A stretch of 64,000 nucleotides of DNA. Origin: a virus (Duplodnaviria; Caudoviricetes). Position numbers and translations under genes: made by a program. Below, piece by piece: positions 21,266 through 31,673 of this stretch (position 1 is the stretch's first letter; the number at the start of each line of letters is the position of its first letter). The notes below the pieces were generated by a model. It was given only the letters and a program-made list of their open reading frames with translations, made no database searches and had not been told where the DNA came from. Where the stretch lies: positions 64,001 through 128,000 of the IMG/VR virus record IMGVR_UViG_3300025715_000009; one strand, given 5' to 3'.

Positions 21266-24087
21266 ATGTATAAAGACATTTTAAAACCATATAAATTTTA
21301 TTATTGGAAAGAGAGTCTTGTAAAAAAATGGACTCAAGAAGACATTTGTTTTATTTATGATATTAATGATACTATGGCAGGACCACATCATTTACAATGC
21401 AATGGAATAGAAATTCAAGCAATTAAGAGTGATTTAAAAGTAGGATTAAATTACAATTATCATTATCGTACAGATGATAAAAGTTTTAAATATCTAATAA
21501 AAGAAATAAGCATAGACGATATAGACAAAAAAATGTTTTTTGATTGGTTGTTTAATAACAAAAGTGGATTACATAATTCGTTAAAATTAAAATATGAGTG
21601 GGATAGAAATGAAAGGATTTGAAAACCACCAATGGAGAATTTTTAAGTACTCTTCAAGCGTAGAAATTACTCACAAAAAATTTCCATTTATTAAAATAAG
21701 AGGAGATAAAAAATCATATAAAACAGATGCTTATCAGAGTAGAGCACAAACACATTGGAGTTTTTTTATACCAGGATGGACTTTAAATAGTCATTTTAAT
21801 TTTACTTTTACTGGTAAATTATTGCAGAGCAACACGGCAGAAATATTTGAAGAGTTAATAAAATATAAAGATTGTTGTCATGCTATATTAGATTATTTAT
21901 TTAATGGAAATTGGAAATGAACTATTTTAATCAATGGATAAAAGAAAAACATGGATACGCATATATGTATGTTATTAATATTAAAAGAGATAATTATTTT
22001 TTAGGTTTTATAATTAATTCTAAAAGAAATAATTTAGTACTTTCTTCCAGATTTAATCCTCCAGAAAATTGGTTTAGTATAGTAAAATATGATTTTGAAA
22101 AACCAAATATAAAAAACCTAGAAAGAAAAATGATAAAGGTGCTTTTTTTATGAAATTATTACAACCATATGCTTACAAAGGAATAGACATAAGATTTTAC
22201 TTTGAAAAAGGCGAACAGTTATTTATTGTATCATTACTACATGGCGACATTTTATTTAGATATGCCATAAAAGATGCTGCTTATGCTTTATTTGACAATG
22301 CTAATGAAAATGGTTATGTAAGACAAGAAGGGTGGGATGCTTATTCGGAGGAGAACAGAAGAGATATTATAAGTTTAATTTTATCTTATGATTATCTAAA
22401 TGAGGATATGCAATCCTTATTAGAGGCACAATTATCAACAATTGTTAAACAAAGTGATTTAAAAAAATGGAACAACATACAAAAGGACTTGTGGATAAAA
22501 ACAACCAAAAAATTAAATATAGATAAAAATGATATTGATAAATTTTTTAAGTTTGGTAGATTCTTTTATGAGTTTGTAAGTAAGTACAACAAGACACCAA
22601 CTATAAAAGAAATAAGAGGTTTATATGACATTTGATCAAGCATTAAAAGAAGAAGTAGGAACTGGTGATGTTCAGGGTCTTCAAGTAGGTTTCCAAAAAA
22701 AGAAACCAGTAAGAAGATTTTCTCTTAAAAAACACAATATAATAAAAAAGATGGATTATAAAATAAATGACAAAAGGTGATTTTTTAAGAATAGGGTCAA
22801 GATGCGACATTTATTATGTTGTAAATGAACCATCTCGTTTATATTTATCTCAAGGCAAATCTAAAATATGGGTTAATTTAAAACCAATACTGTCATCTTC
22901 TAATCTTGCAAACACAATGTATGATAACATAGAAAAAATGAGACAAGAAAGATTATTAGAAAAAGAAGAAGTTATTAAATGGGTTTTTTCTAAACATAGA
23001 ACTCAAGAAGATAATAAATATTCTGATTTATCGAGGTTGAAATGAGATTTGAAGATGTAGATCTAAATAAAGCGTATTATACTCCAACAATAAGATATGC
23101 ACCATTATCTATATATTATAATTTTAATATTGAAAATGATGAACATATATCGTGTGATATGATGGAGATGTTAATAAAAGATTTAGCAATATATCCTGGT
23201 ATGGTTTTTACCAGATCTGAAAATTATGATTTACGAGAGGCATCAGACGAAATTAGGCAATCATTTATTAAAGCAATTTTTGAAAGACGTTTAATATTTA
23301 ATTAAACAAATCTTTAATTATATCATGTTTATAATGAGAAAAGAAATTATCACAGGCTTGTTGGATTAATTTTAAACTATCTTGAGCCTCATTAAATAAT
23401 TCTTTTAGTGTCCCATCCCATACGCCTAACATATCATATAATGATGGTCTTTCTTGTCTATCGTAAGACAATGACCATTTTAATTCATATTCGAACTCAG
23501 AACCGTTTAATTCATAATATATTTCTTCTGGATTTTCATTCTCCTCATCTTCACTTAATTCATCTATTGCTTCTTTTTGTTGTTCAAACCACATTCTTGT
23601 ATCATTCATGGTATCACGAATTGTTTCTCTGTTTATTTTTTCATCAAGAGCGAAATAATAATTTTCTATAAAGAATTTTTGAAACATGGCAGTTGAGAAT
23701 CTATATCCTGTATATACATTATAATCAGAAATATATTCTAAAAATCTTGATTCTGTTTCTTGTTCAATATCTTCTATTTCCATAATCATTATCTTGTAAA
23801 AATAAGCAAGATAAATTATGGAAAATTTAAAATCTGGTCAGTTTATTAAAATTTATCATGAGTATATGTATCATGTGTTTTTATTACAAAAACATAAATA
23901 TAATAATGTATGGGAAGTATTATCAATTTGGCAATCACCTGATGGATTTAAAGTAGCAATTAATCATCAGACAGTTGATATATCAAGTTATAATTTTGAG
24001 TTAATGCAAGATAGAAAATTATATCATTTCTATGATTGGTTATTTGATACTATATTTATAGATCCTAAGGCAATTATGTTATTATAA
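21266..24087 (+). CDS. Cluster of small hypothetical proteins (21266-21622, 21594-21920, 21911-22153, 22150-22635, 22767-23045, 23042-23305, 23818-24087; 23298-23783 is on -), most ending in a hIKxhF tag
   Basis: Tightly overlapping ORFs with ends such as ERKMIKVLF, EEVIKWVF, QSFIKAIF, HDIIKDLF. Confidence 0.65.
22625..22780 (+). CDS. Small basic protein with CTS-like N-terminus
   Basis: Manual translation MTFDQALKEEVGTGDVQG...KR*. Confidence 0.6.
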   Translation: MTFDQALKEEVGTGDVQGLQVGFQKKKPVRRFSLKKHNIIKKMDYKINDKR

Positions 24088-24088
24088 T

Positions 24089-24119
24089 AAAAAGCCACTC
24101 TTTCGAGTGGCTTTATTTT
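24089..24119. terminator. Bidirectional intrinsic terminator
   Basis: aaagccactc-tttc-gagtggcttt, flanked by A/T tracts between convergent units. Confidence 0.85.
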
Positions 24120-24237
24120 ATCTCCTTCGATTTGGGATATTTAGGCTCAACGAGCTCGATCGTTTATAGAATAAACTTCACAATAATCCCACCTCCTATA
24201 ATTGTCAGGATATGATGACTACAAAGCGAAAAACTAC

Positions 24238-24355
24238 GCTTAAGAACCAGGAAATGATCCTGGCTACTTGAACTCATCCTATTATTCTAATCTATGCCGG
24301 CCTATAGATAATAATAGGAATCACAGTCCCTGCTTTACCTATAAGCTATCTTAAA
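24238..24355 (-). ncRNA. tRNA-His(GUG)-like RNA with about 45-nt hairpin insertion
   Basis: Acceptor TTTAAGA/TCTTAAG + C, TA, D-arm GCTT-ATAGGTA-AAGC, GGGA-CTGTGAT-TCCT, T-arm CCAGG-ATCATTT-CCTGG. T loop degenerate, no CCA. Confidence 0.5.
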
Positions 24356-24431
24356 AAGTTTCTCTTTATGTATCATCAAATATATCTTTCTTTAAAAATG
24401 ACAAATTTTATCAGATATTTTTTAATTTCTT

Positions 24432-25046
24432 TTAGTACAAAATGTTCCAACTTTTTCTATGTATTGAACATAAACCATATTGATGTATAGCTTGTCTATG
24501 CTCTAATGTGCCATATCCTTTATGTTTAGCAAAACCATAATTTGGATATTTATCTTCCATTAAAATCATATATCTATCTCTTGCTACTTTAGCCATAATA
24601 GATGCTGCTGCTATTTCTTTATAAACATCCTCTCCTCTTACACAAGTTTCAAAATTAGAATTGTTTGGGAATGGATTCCAATTACCATCAAATATAATTT
24701 TATCAGCTTTTAGTCTCATTATAATTTTAAAAATAGCTTGTTTTTCTACATTTAATATACCATGTTTATCAATTTCATGTGATGAGATTAATTGTATATC
24801 AAAGTCAGCATACTTTGGTATCTCTTTAAATAACGCCTCTCTTTTTTTAGATGAGAGTTTTTTACTATCTTTTATGTCATTTAATAATGAGAGTGGAATA
24901 TCATCGTGTAGTATAACACCGCCTACACCTAATGGACCTGCTAAACTTCCCCTACTTTTTTAAATTCTCTCTTTTTAGCCCGAAGGCTAACCAACCTCGT
25001 CAAGCCCTAAAATCTTGAGATGGTGAACAAGAAAATCTTTTTCCAT
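24432..25046 (-). CDS. rnhB: Ribonuclease HII interrupted by a 36-nt coding gap (24954-24989); 192 aa if the gap is skipped
   Basis: GGAGG SD and ATG 25046: MEKDFLVHHLKILGLDEVG [gap] RGSLAGPLGVGGVILHD..IKDSKKLS..KRE..IIFDGN..IAAASIMAKVARD..YGFAKHKGYGT..IHRKSW; one frame throughout. Confidence 0.92.
24954..24992 (-). other. Candidate translational bypass element (take-off GGU, UAG, UUCG hairpin, landing AGU)
   Basis: GGT TAG CCT TCG GGC TAA AAA GAG AGA ATT TAA AAA AGT; stem TTAGCC/GGCTAA with cUUCGg loop. Confidence 0.75.
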
Positions 25047-25887
25047 AAATTTCCTCCAACTTTAAATAGTAATCTTCTATGTCCAACAAAAAAATAAATT
25101 CTTTTTGAATATTTTTGGCATAATTCTTTGCTGCTTTTTCTTTAGCTAAAATTTCTCCACTTTCTAATGCTTGTTTATACCAAAAATGAGAACTTTTTAT
25201 TTCAAAAAGATATTTATCTGTTTCAAAATCAACGAAATAATATCGTTCTTTATCATCAAGAATATATTTTATTCTTGGACCTTGCTTTACATTTAAATAT
25301 GCTTGTTCACATGATTTTATAAATTTTAATTCTTCAAATGATTTGTAAATTATTTTTTCATTAAAAATAGTAATATATTCTCCTGTTTTAAATGATGATG
25401 TTGATTTATATTGAACATGATCTTTATATATAGCTTTTTCAGATTGAAAATAATGTGAACCATATTTTTTTATCATTGTCTGTTTTATTTTATCTTGAGC
25501 TATTTTTGATCCTCCGCCGTTTTTAACACCATATTTTTTTAAACAAGTATCAACTATTTTATTTTTTACTGAATCTAATTGTGTAGTATTTTCAACACCA
25601 TATTTTATCATATTATTTTTTTTAATAATATTTTGAGTTTCTTTTAATTGACTTATGTTTTTAACACCATATTTTTGTATAGTTGATTCTATACGACTAC
25701 AATTAATACACAATTCATCAAATTTTGTTTTATAAAGTGTTTTTAATCTTGAATCAAATGTTTTTTTACATTTTTTACAAATACATTGAACCATTGTATT
25801 GCTGTTAATTTTTATACTATTAATATAATAACTGTGATTTAATTTTATTAAATCTTTTTTATTAAACATAATATTTCCTATATTCAA
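25000..25887 (-). mobile_element. Putative free-standing homing endonuclease (Zn ribbon, KYGV repeats, C-terminal PD-(D/E)xK/TnsA-like domain)
   Basis: CKKC..CINC; KYGV repeats; YFVDF..LFEIKS..K.AA; overlaps the rnhB 5' end by 47 bp. Confidence 0.7.
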
Positions 25888-26596
25888 ATATCGTCCCTCC
25901 TCATTAATACCTTATCTTTCTTAATTTATTATAAAATATACAAATCTTTATTTTTTTAACAAGATAAATATATGACACACCAAGATAAAATTAAAGAAGT
26001 TTTTACAAATTACGGCTATTTAATAATTGATGCTGTAGAGCCTGATGACCCAGATTTATTAAGTGATTTAAAAGATCTTAATATAAAATTAATTACATTG
26101 CCACACCCTCGTTTTATTGAAATAAAACTTGTTGGGTGTTATTCAGACATAAAACAAATTTTATCTATCCATTGGTTTCCACATGAAGGTGCTGAATTAG
26201 AAGAAACGATGGAAACTTTTATTAAATATTGAGAGGTAATATGACACCAGAAGAATTTTCAGTGAAATTAATTTTTGACTTACAAGGTGAAGAGCCATGG
26301 GTGGATAATATTCCAGATAAATTATTTTTTTTAAGCAAAAAAATACCTGGATCTAATTATTTTTGTCGTTTATTAAGAGAGTATAAAAAATTAGGAGAAT
26401 TTAATAAATCAGCAGCAGAATATGGTTTTAAAGAAGAGAAAAAAGGAAACCAATTATATCTAATTACAGATGATGGATCGATTATTCATTTTTTTGCCAT
26501 GGATAAAAGATATGAACCAGTAGTAAATAAGTTAAATTATATATTTAATCTTGATATGTTAGATCCAACATATGCGGAATTCTTTGAGGAGGAAGG

Positions 26597-27413
26597 ATGA
26601 AATTTGACCAAGTGATAAAAAGAATAAAAAAAGATGGTATAAAAATACCCAAGATCAAAAAAAATACAACTTTTGATGATGGTGGATTTACAGATCAAGG
26701 ACCTACTGGGTTAGTTGGTGGAGCAGACGAATTAAAAAAAGCAAAATCAAATAAGAAAAAAGGAAAGGATTCTAATATATGAAATTTAATAAAGCTCTAA
26801 ATGAGACTGTTTTAAATAAAAACAAAAATTCTAATTTCTATAAGGATGGGTATAAATCAGGAGAGAAAGCCTGTGAATCAGTTGATTTTAATGATTATAG
26901 AAAAGCTAAAAAAAATATCTATTTTGACGATGCTATGGAATATGTTCACAGTATTTTGGATCAAAGAGATTACAATGAAATAGAAGCTGATGAGTTTTTA
27001 GATGGGGCTGAAGATGCTATTACTGATTTCATAAAGGTACAGAAAAAATGAAATTTAATCAAGCATTAAAAAATACTAAAGGTAAAGTAGACAATATATC
27101 AATAAAACCAAAAAAAGGATTCTAATATATGAAATTTTCTTTAGTGTTAGAAGAAATATCTTTATATAATACTCATCCTTATTTACCAACAAAAAAAGAA
27201 TCTATTTATGATAGAGTAGTTGGACATGAAGATGATAGGTATATTTTCAAATCAAAAAACAATAAATTTTCTTCTAAACAATTTGGTAAATTGGATCCTA
27301 ATCAATATCATTCTCCTGCAGAAACAAACGATGTAAAAGATTATAAAAGAGCAATAAATAAAAACAAAGCTTATCTAACAAAGGTTAATAAGTTTTATAA
27401 GGTTAAAATATGA
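26597..27413 (+). CDS. Four small putative internal head proteins (26597-26782, 26779-27051, 27048-27125, 27129-27413)
   Basis: Starts MKFDQVIK, MKFNKALNE, MKFNQALKN, MKFSLVLEE; junction repeat aaaggattctaatatatgaaattt near 26765 and 27115. Confidence 0.6.
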
Positions 27414-28039
27414 GTAAAAGAGAAAATTCAAGATTAAGAATGTATGATCAATACTCTCCTGATACAATCTATATGAACAGTATAGATAATGAGGTTATTG
27501 AGATTGCATCACCTCCAATCAAGGTTTATCCATTTAATATATTTAAAACAGTATCACCTGAAGATTACTCTCCTGTAGATGATATATATGGTGAGGCAGA
27601 TATTATTGATGAACAGAAGTTAATGCAATTATATGGGCATGGTATGGATGAATTTCAACCTCAAGATTTTTTTGTTGTTCGTCCTGGAGAAGTTTTTGAT
27701 AATCCAATACTCATACCTGGATATTATCAAGAACCAACTTGGACACAGGAATTACAAAGATTAGGTGTTCAAGAAGTGGAAGAGGAATTAGCAATTACTT
27801 TTAATTATAGCAGAATGATGAGTGAAAAGGGTAGCCCAATTAAAATTGGCGATGGAATACAAACATTTCGTGGTGATTTTTATCGTGTAGTTGATGCTTA
27901 TGTAGCCGATGAAACAAAGGGGTGGAAGTATATTCATTTTCATGTTATAGCTCGCAAGCCACCAACATCGTCATTAGATAATTTATTATTGCCAGATAAT
28001 CCATTTATCCCAGGTCAAAACAGAAATAATAACAGATGA
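27410..28039 (+). CDS. T4 gp14-like neck/head-completion protein
   Basis: NEVIEI, DDIYGE, LQRLG..EEELAITF, IKIGD pattern; position among structural genes. Confidence 0.6.
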   Translation: MSKRENSRLRMYDQYSPDTIYMNSIDNEVIEIASPPIKVYPFNIFKTVSPEDYSPVDDIYGEADIIDEQKLMQLYGHGMDEFQPQDFFVVRPGEVFDNPILIPGYYQEPTWTQELQRLGVQEVEEELAITFNYSRMMSEKGSPIKIGDGIQTFRGDFYRVVDAYVADETKGWKYIHFHVIARKPPTSSLDNLLLPDNPFIPGQNRNNNR

Positions 28040-29415
28040 ATTGTATAGTCAGAGAACAAATTAAAAAATTATTTAATGATCCTCCAAGAACGATGACAAA
28101 TGGTCTGTGGTTTAGTGGTTATGAAGATGAAGGTGAATATAAAAATTGGTATCCAAGTGGTAACCCATGGGAGCACAGTTTTTCTAAGAATAATAGACTA
28201 CATGGTGAATTTAAAAAATGGTATGATAATGGAAAATTACAAGAACATGGTTTTTATAAAGATGGTAAACAATACGGTAAATTTAAAATGTGGAATGAGA
28301 AGGGAGAATTAAGAGTTCACAAATTATACAAAAATAATGAAGCAATCAGGGATTATTTAAAATGAGGAATATAGCCAGAGAACAAATTATAAAATTATTT
28401 ATTAATCCTCAACAAACAATAATGAGTGGTCTATGGTATAGTGGATATGAAGGTGAAGGTGAATATAAAGAATGGTTTAACAATGGACAATTATGTAAAC
28501 ATTGTTTTTATAAAGATGGTAAACGAAATGGTGAATATAGATTGTTTCACGAAAATGGGCAATTATGGGAACATTATTTTTTTAAAAATGGTAATTTCAA
28601 TGGTGAATATAAAAAATGGTATGAAAGCGGTCAAATATGGGAACATAGTTTTTATAAAGATGATAAACGAGAAGGTGAATTTAAAAAATGGGATAAGGCT
28701 GGTAAATTAATATATCACAGATTATATCAAGATGGTAAAATAATCAAGGATTATTTAGAATGAAATATATTGCAAGAGAGCAAATTAAAAAATTATTTAC
28801 TCATCCTCAACAAACAATGATGAGTGGTTTATATTTTAGTGAATATACAGGAAAAGGTAAATATAAAGAATGGTGGGAAAATGGAAAACTATATAGGCAG
28901 TGTTTTTATAAAGACGGTAGTTTAAATGGTGAATATAAAGCATGGCATGAAAATGGACAACCATACAAACATTATTTTTTTAAAAATGGTGAATTAGATA
29001 GTGAATGTAAAGAGTGGCTTAGTAATGGTAAATTAATATATCACAGATTATACAAAAAAGGTGAATTAGTCAAGGATTATTTAGAATGAGATACATAGCC
29101 AAAGATCAAATTAAAAAAATATTTGAAAAGCCTATAAGTGAAATGCGTAGAGGATTATGGTTTAATGAATATGAAGCTGAAGGTGAATATAGAGATTGGT
29201 GGGACAACGGTAATTTACGTCAACGTCTTTTCTTTAAAGATGGTAAAATGAACGGTGAATATACTATTCGCCATAAAAATGGTAAATTATCACAACAATG
29301 TTTTTATAAAGATGGTAAAATGAATGGTGAATGCAAAGAATGGAGTGAAACGGGGCAACTAATAGTTCATAAATTATACAAAAAATGTGAATTAGTTAAG
29401 GACTACTTAGAATGA
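28036..29415 (+). CDS. Array of four MORN-variant repeat proteins: 28036-28365, 28362-28763, 28760-29089, 29086-29415
   Basis: MxxI(A/V)(R/K)xQIxKxF..GL(W/Y)(F/Y)..GEYKxW repeats; ends (K/R)DYL(K/E). Confidence 0.85.
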
Positions 29416-30544
29416 AATATTTAAATCAAGTAGTATATATTGATAGTGGTTCTTTTAAAAACAGACCTAATAAATCACCATATGTTTTTATATATAAATT
29501 TAAACAAAGAGAAGATGAATTAATTGAAATATCTTTAATAGATCTAAAGGGAAGAAAAGATTTTTTTACCGTAAACAAGTTTTGGATGAAAACTGTTAAA
29601 GATTTTAATCCACCAGAATATATGAGAAAAGAATTTATAAAAATTATTTTTAAAGAGTTAAAATGAATATCTATGATTTAAAAATAAATGATGAATTTTA
29701 TTTAAATTTCTATAACGAATCTATTTTATTTAGAGTGGCAACTCTACCATTTGAATATGGAAATTCTATATTGATTAATCTTACAAGAATATCTTTTAAT
29801 AAACAAACAAAAGAATTATCCACAACAATAAAAGCTTATACAAAAACTGCACTTAAAACTGGCAATATGAGTAAGAGTATATTTTATAATCCAAGAAAAT
29901 TATTTATAAAAGATATATTTAAGGAATAAAAATGATAGCAAGATATGAATCACTTTGCAATTTAGTAAAAAACTTTCAATGGAGTTTAGGTGATTGGAGA
30001 ATAAGAGGATTAAAAACAAGGTGATTTTCAAGCATTTTTATGCAAGATAATATATGGACGATATATTTCAAAAAGCAACCCAAATTGTTATGCAACAACT
30101 TTATAAAGAATTAAATGCTATTGTAGAAGAAGGAACTAAAATTCCAAAATCCTTGGAAGATTTAAAAAAAGATAATAATATATTTGGATTGTTAGTTGCT
30201 GATATAGTAGAAAATAAAGTTGAAGCAATTAATAGACATAAAACATCAGAATATTTTAATCCAGATAATATTTTGATAACAAAAATAAATAAAATAAGAT
30301 ATGCAAGTGAAAATATCTCTGGTGATGTTATATTAAACGTATCTGGAAGAGATGAACCAACAAATAAAAGCTTAATGACATGGTTTTATGGTGGAGAAGA
30401 TAAAGGCAAAATTTATCATCCTAACATGAGAATTGATGGAAATATTGAAGCACGAGATATAGAAATTTTAGAATCTATTCAAGAAAAATTAACTGAAAAA
30501 ATAAATGATAGAATAAAGAACATGGTAATTGAGGTAAGTAAATA

Positions 30545-31489
30545 ATGGCAGGTGAATATTTTCCAATGTTTAGAGATTATTCTCTTGCTGTAGAAAAATG
30601 GCTTAGAGAGATTGTTCGCATACCAAGAATAGATCAAATAACTGCTCTTATACAAAAAATAACACGCAGAGGAACAACTGACGGCGGAATTAATCAACTT
30701 GAAATAACTATCGATAGTAATACTTTTGAGGTAAAAGGTAAAACTTATATCAAGTTTAAACAAGGTCAAAATATAGAATTAATAGGTACATTACAAAATG
30801 ACGCTATTTATATGATAAGTAAAGTTGTAAATAATATTTTAATTCTTGATCCAGCTTATAAAATATTAAAAGCAGAACAGCCATCTCCTGCTGGTGAGGT
30901 TAAACAAAGAATTAACGTGTTTTATGCGGATATGGAAAAAGCAATATCATTGATAGCAAATCCTCTTAGAAATGGACAGTTTGATACTCCAGGTGTGGCT
31001 TATTTTATATCTAACTATCAATATTCTGTAGAAAAAAGTCGCCCAAGAGAGAACTATTATGTCAAAAGAACGAAAGATAATAATACAGGAAATATAAGTA
31101 GGGTGAATATGGTCCCTCCTTTACAGGAATATCAAGTCAGTTATACTATAAATATCTGGGCTAGATATAAACAAGAGTTGGACATGATGCAGTATCAAAT
31201 TCTTTCAGAGTTTGCACCACAAAAATGGTTTTGGATACCAGGTGCTATTTATGACGAAGAAGAAAGTAGAGGCAAAGAACACCAAGGACAATGGGCACAT
31301 TGTTTAATGGAGACCGCTTCTGATGTATCTGATCTTGAACCTGGAGATGCACAAGAAAGAACTTTGAGATTTGAAATTAGTTTTACAATTACCAATGCTT
31401 TTATTCCATTGCCATTTGAAAAAGATCAAAATTATATTGGATCTTTACAAATAGAGACGACAACACAAAAGGAAAAACCTTATATTTAA
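30545..31489 (+). CDS. Tail terminator/completion protein (gp15-like)
   Basis: YQVSYTINIWARYKQELDMMQYQILSEF, SDLEPG..RTLRFEISFTI; directly upstream of the sheath. Confidence 0.6.
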   Translation: MAGEYFPMFRDYSLAVEKWLREIVRIPRIDQITALIQKITRRGTTDGGINQLEITIDSNTFEVKGKTYIKFKQGQNIELIGTLQNDAIYMISKVVNNILILDPAYKILKAEQPSPAGEVKQRINVFYADMEKAISLIANPLRNGQFDTPGVAYFISNYQYSVEKSRPRENYYVKRTKDNNTGNISRVNMVPPLQEYQVSYTINIWARYKQELDMMQYQILSEFAPQKWFWIPGAIYDEEESRGKEHQGQWAHCLMETASDVSDLEPGDAQERTLRFEISFTITNAFIPLPFEKDQNYIGSLQIETTTQKEKPYI

Positions 31490-31500
31490 GGAGAAATAGA

Positions 31501-31659
31501 ATGGTTAAAATTAAGAACAAAACGTATCAACCACTGCCACTACTGATTGATGACAAAACTATCATTGTACCTGGTAGAATGTCAATTGATGTACCAACTG
31601 TGACAAAACAAATGATTGCCTTGAAATCCAAGGGTATGTTGCAAATTATTAAAAAATAA
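31501..31659 (+). CDS. Small protein upstream of tail sheath
   Basis: AAGGAG SD; MVKIKNKTYQPLPLL...GMLQIIKK*. Confidence 0.7.
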   Translation: MVKIKNKTYQPLPLLIDDKTIIVPGRMSIDVPTVTKQMIALKSKGMLQIIKK

Positions 31660-31673
31660 GGGGGAATTATAAT

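Noticed and set aside
24432-24719. 95-aa ORF as a stand-alone gene
   Set aside because: It is only the C-terminal half of RNase HII; the frame and motifs extend to 24953 and, beyond the gap, to 25046.
24954-24989. Group I/II intron, stop-codon reassignment or terminator as the explanation for the rnhB gap
   Set aside because: 36 nt is far too short for a ribozyme. The gap holds both TAG and TAA, and TAG and TAA end normal genes here. Read-through would put 12 residues in the active site. The hairpin has no 3' U-tract on either strand.
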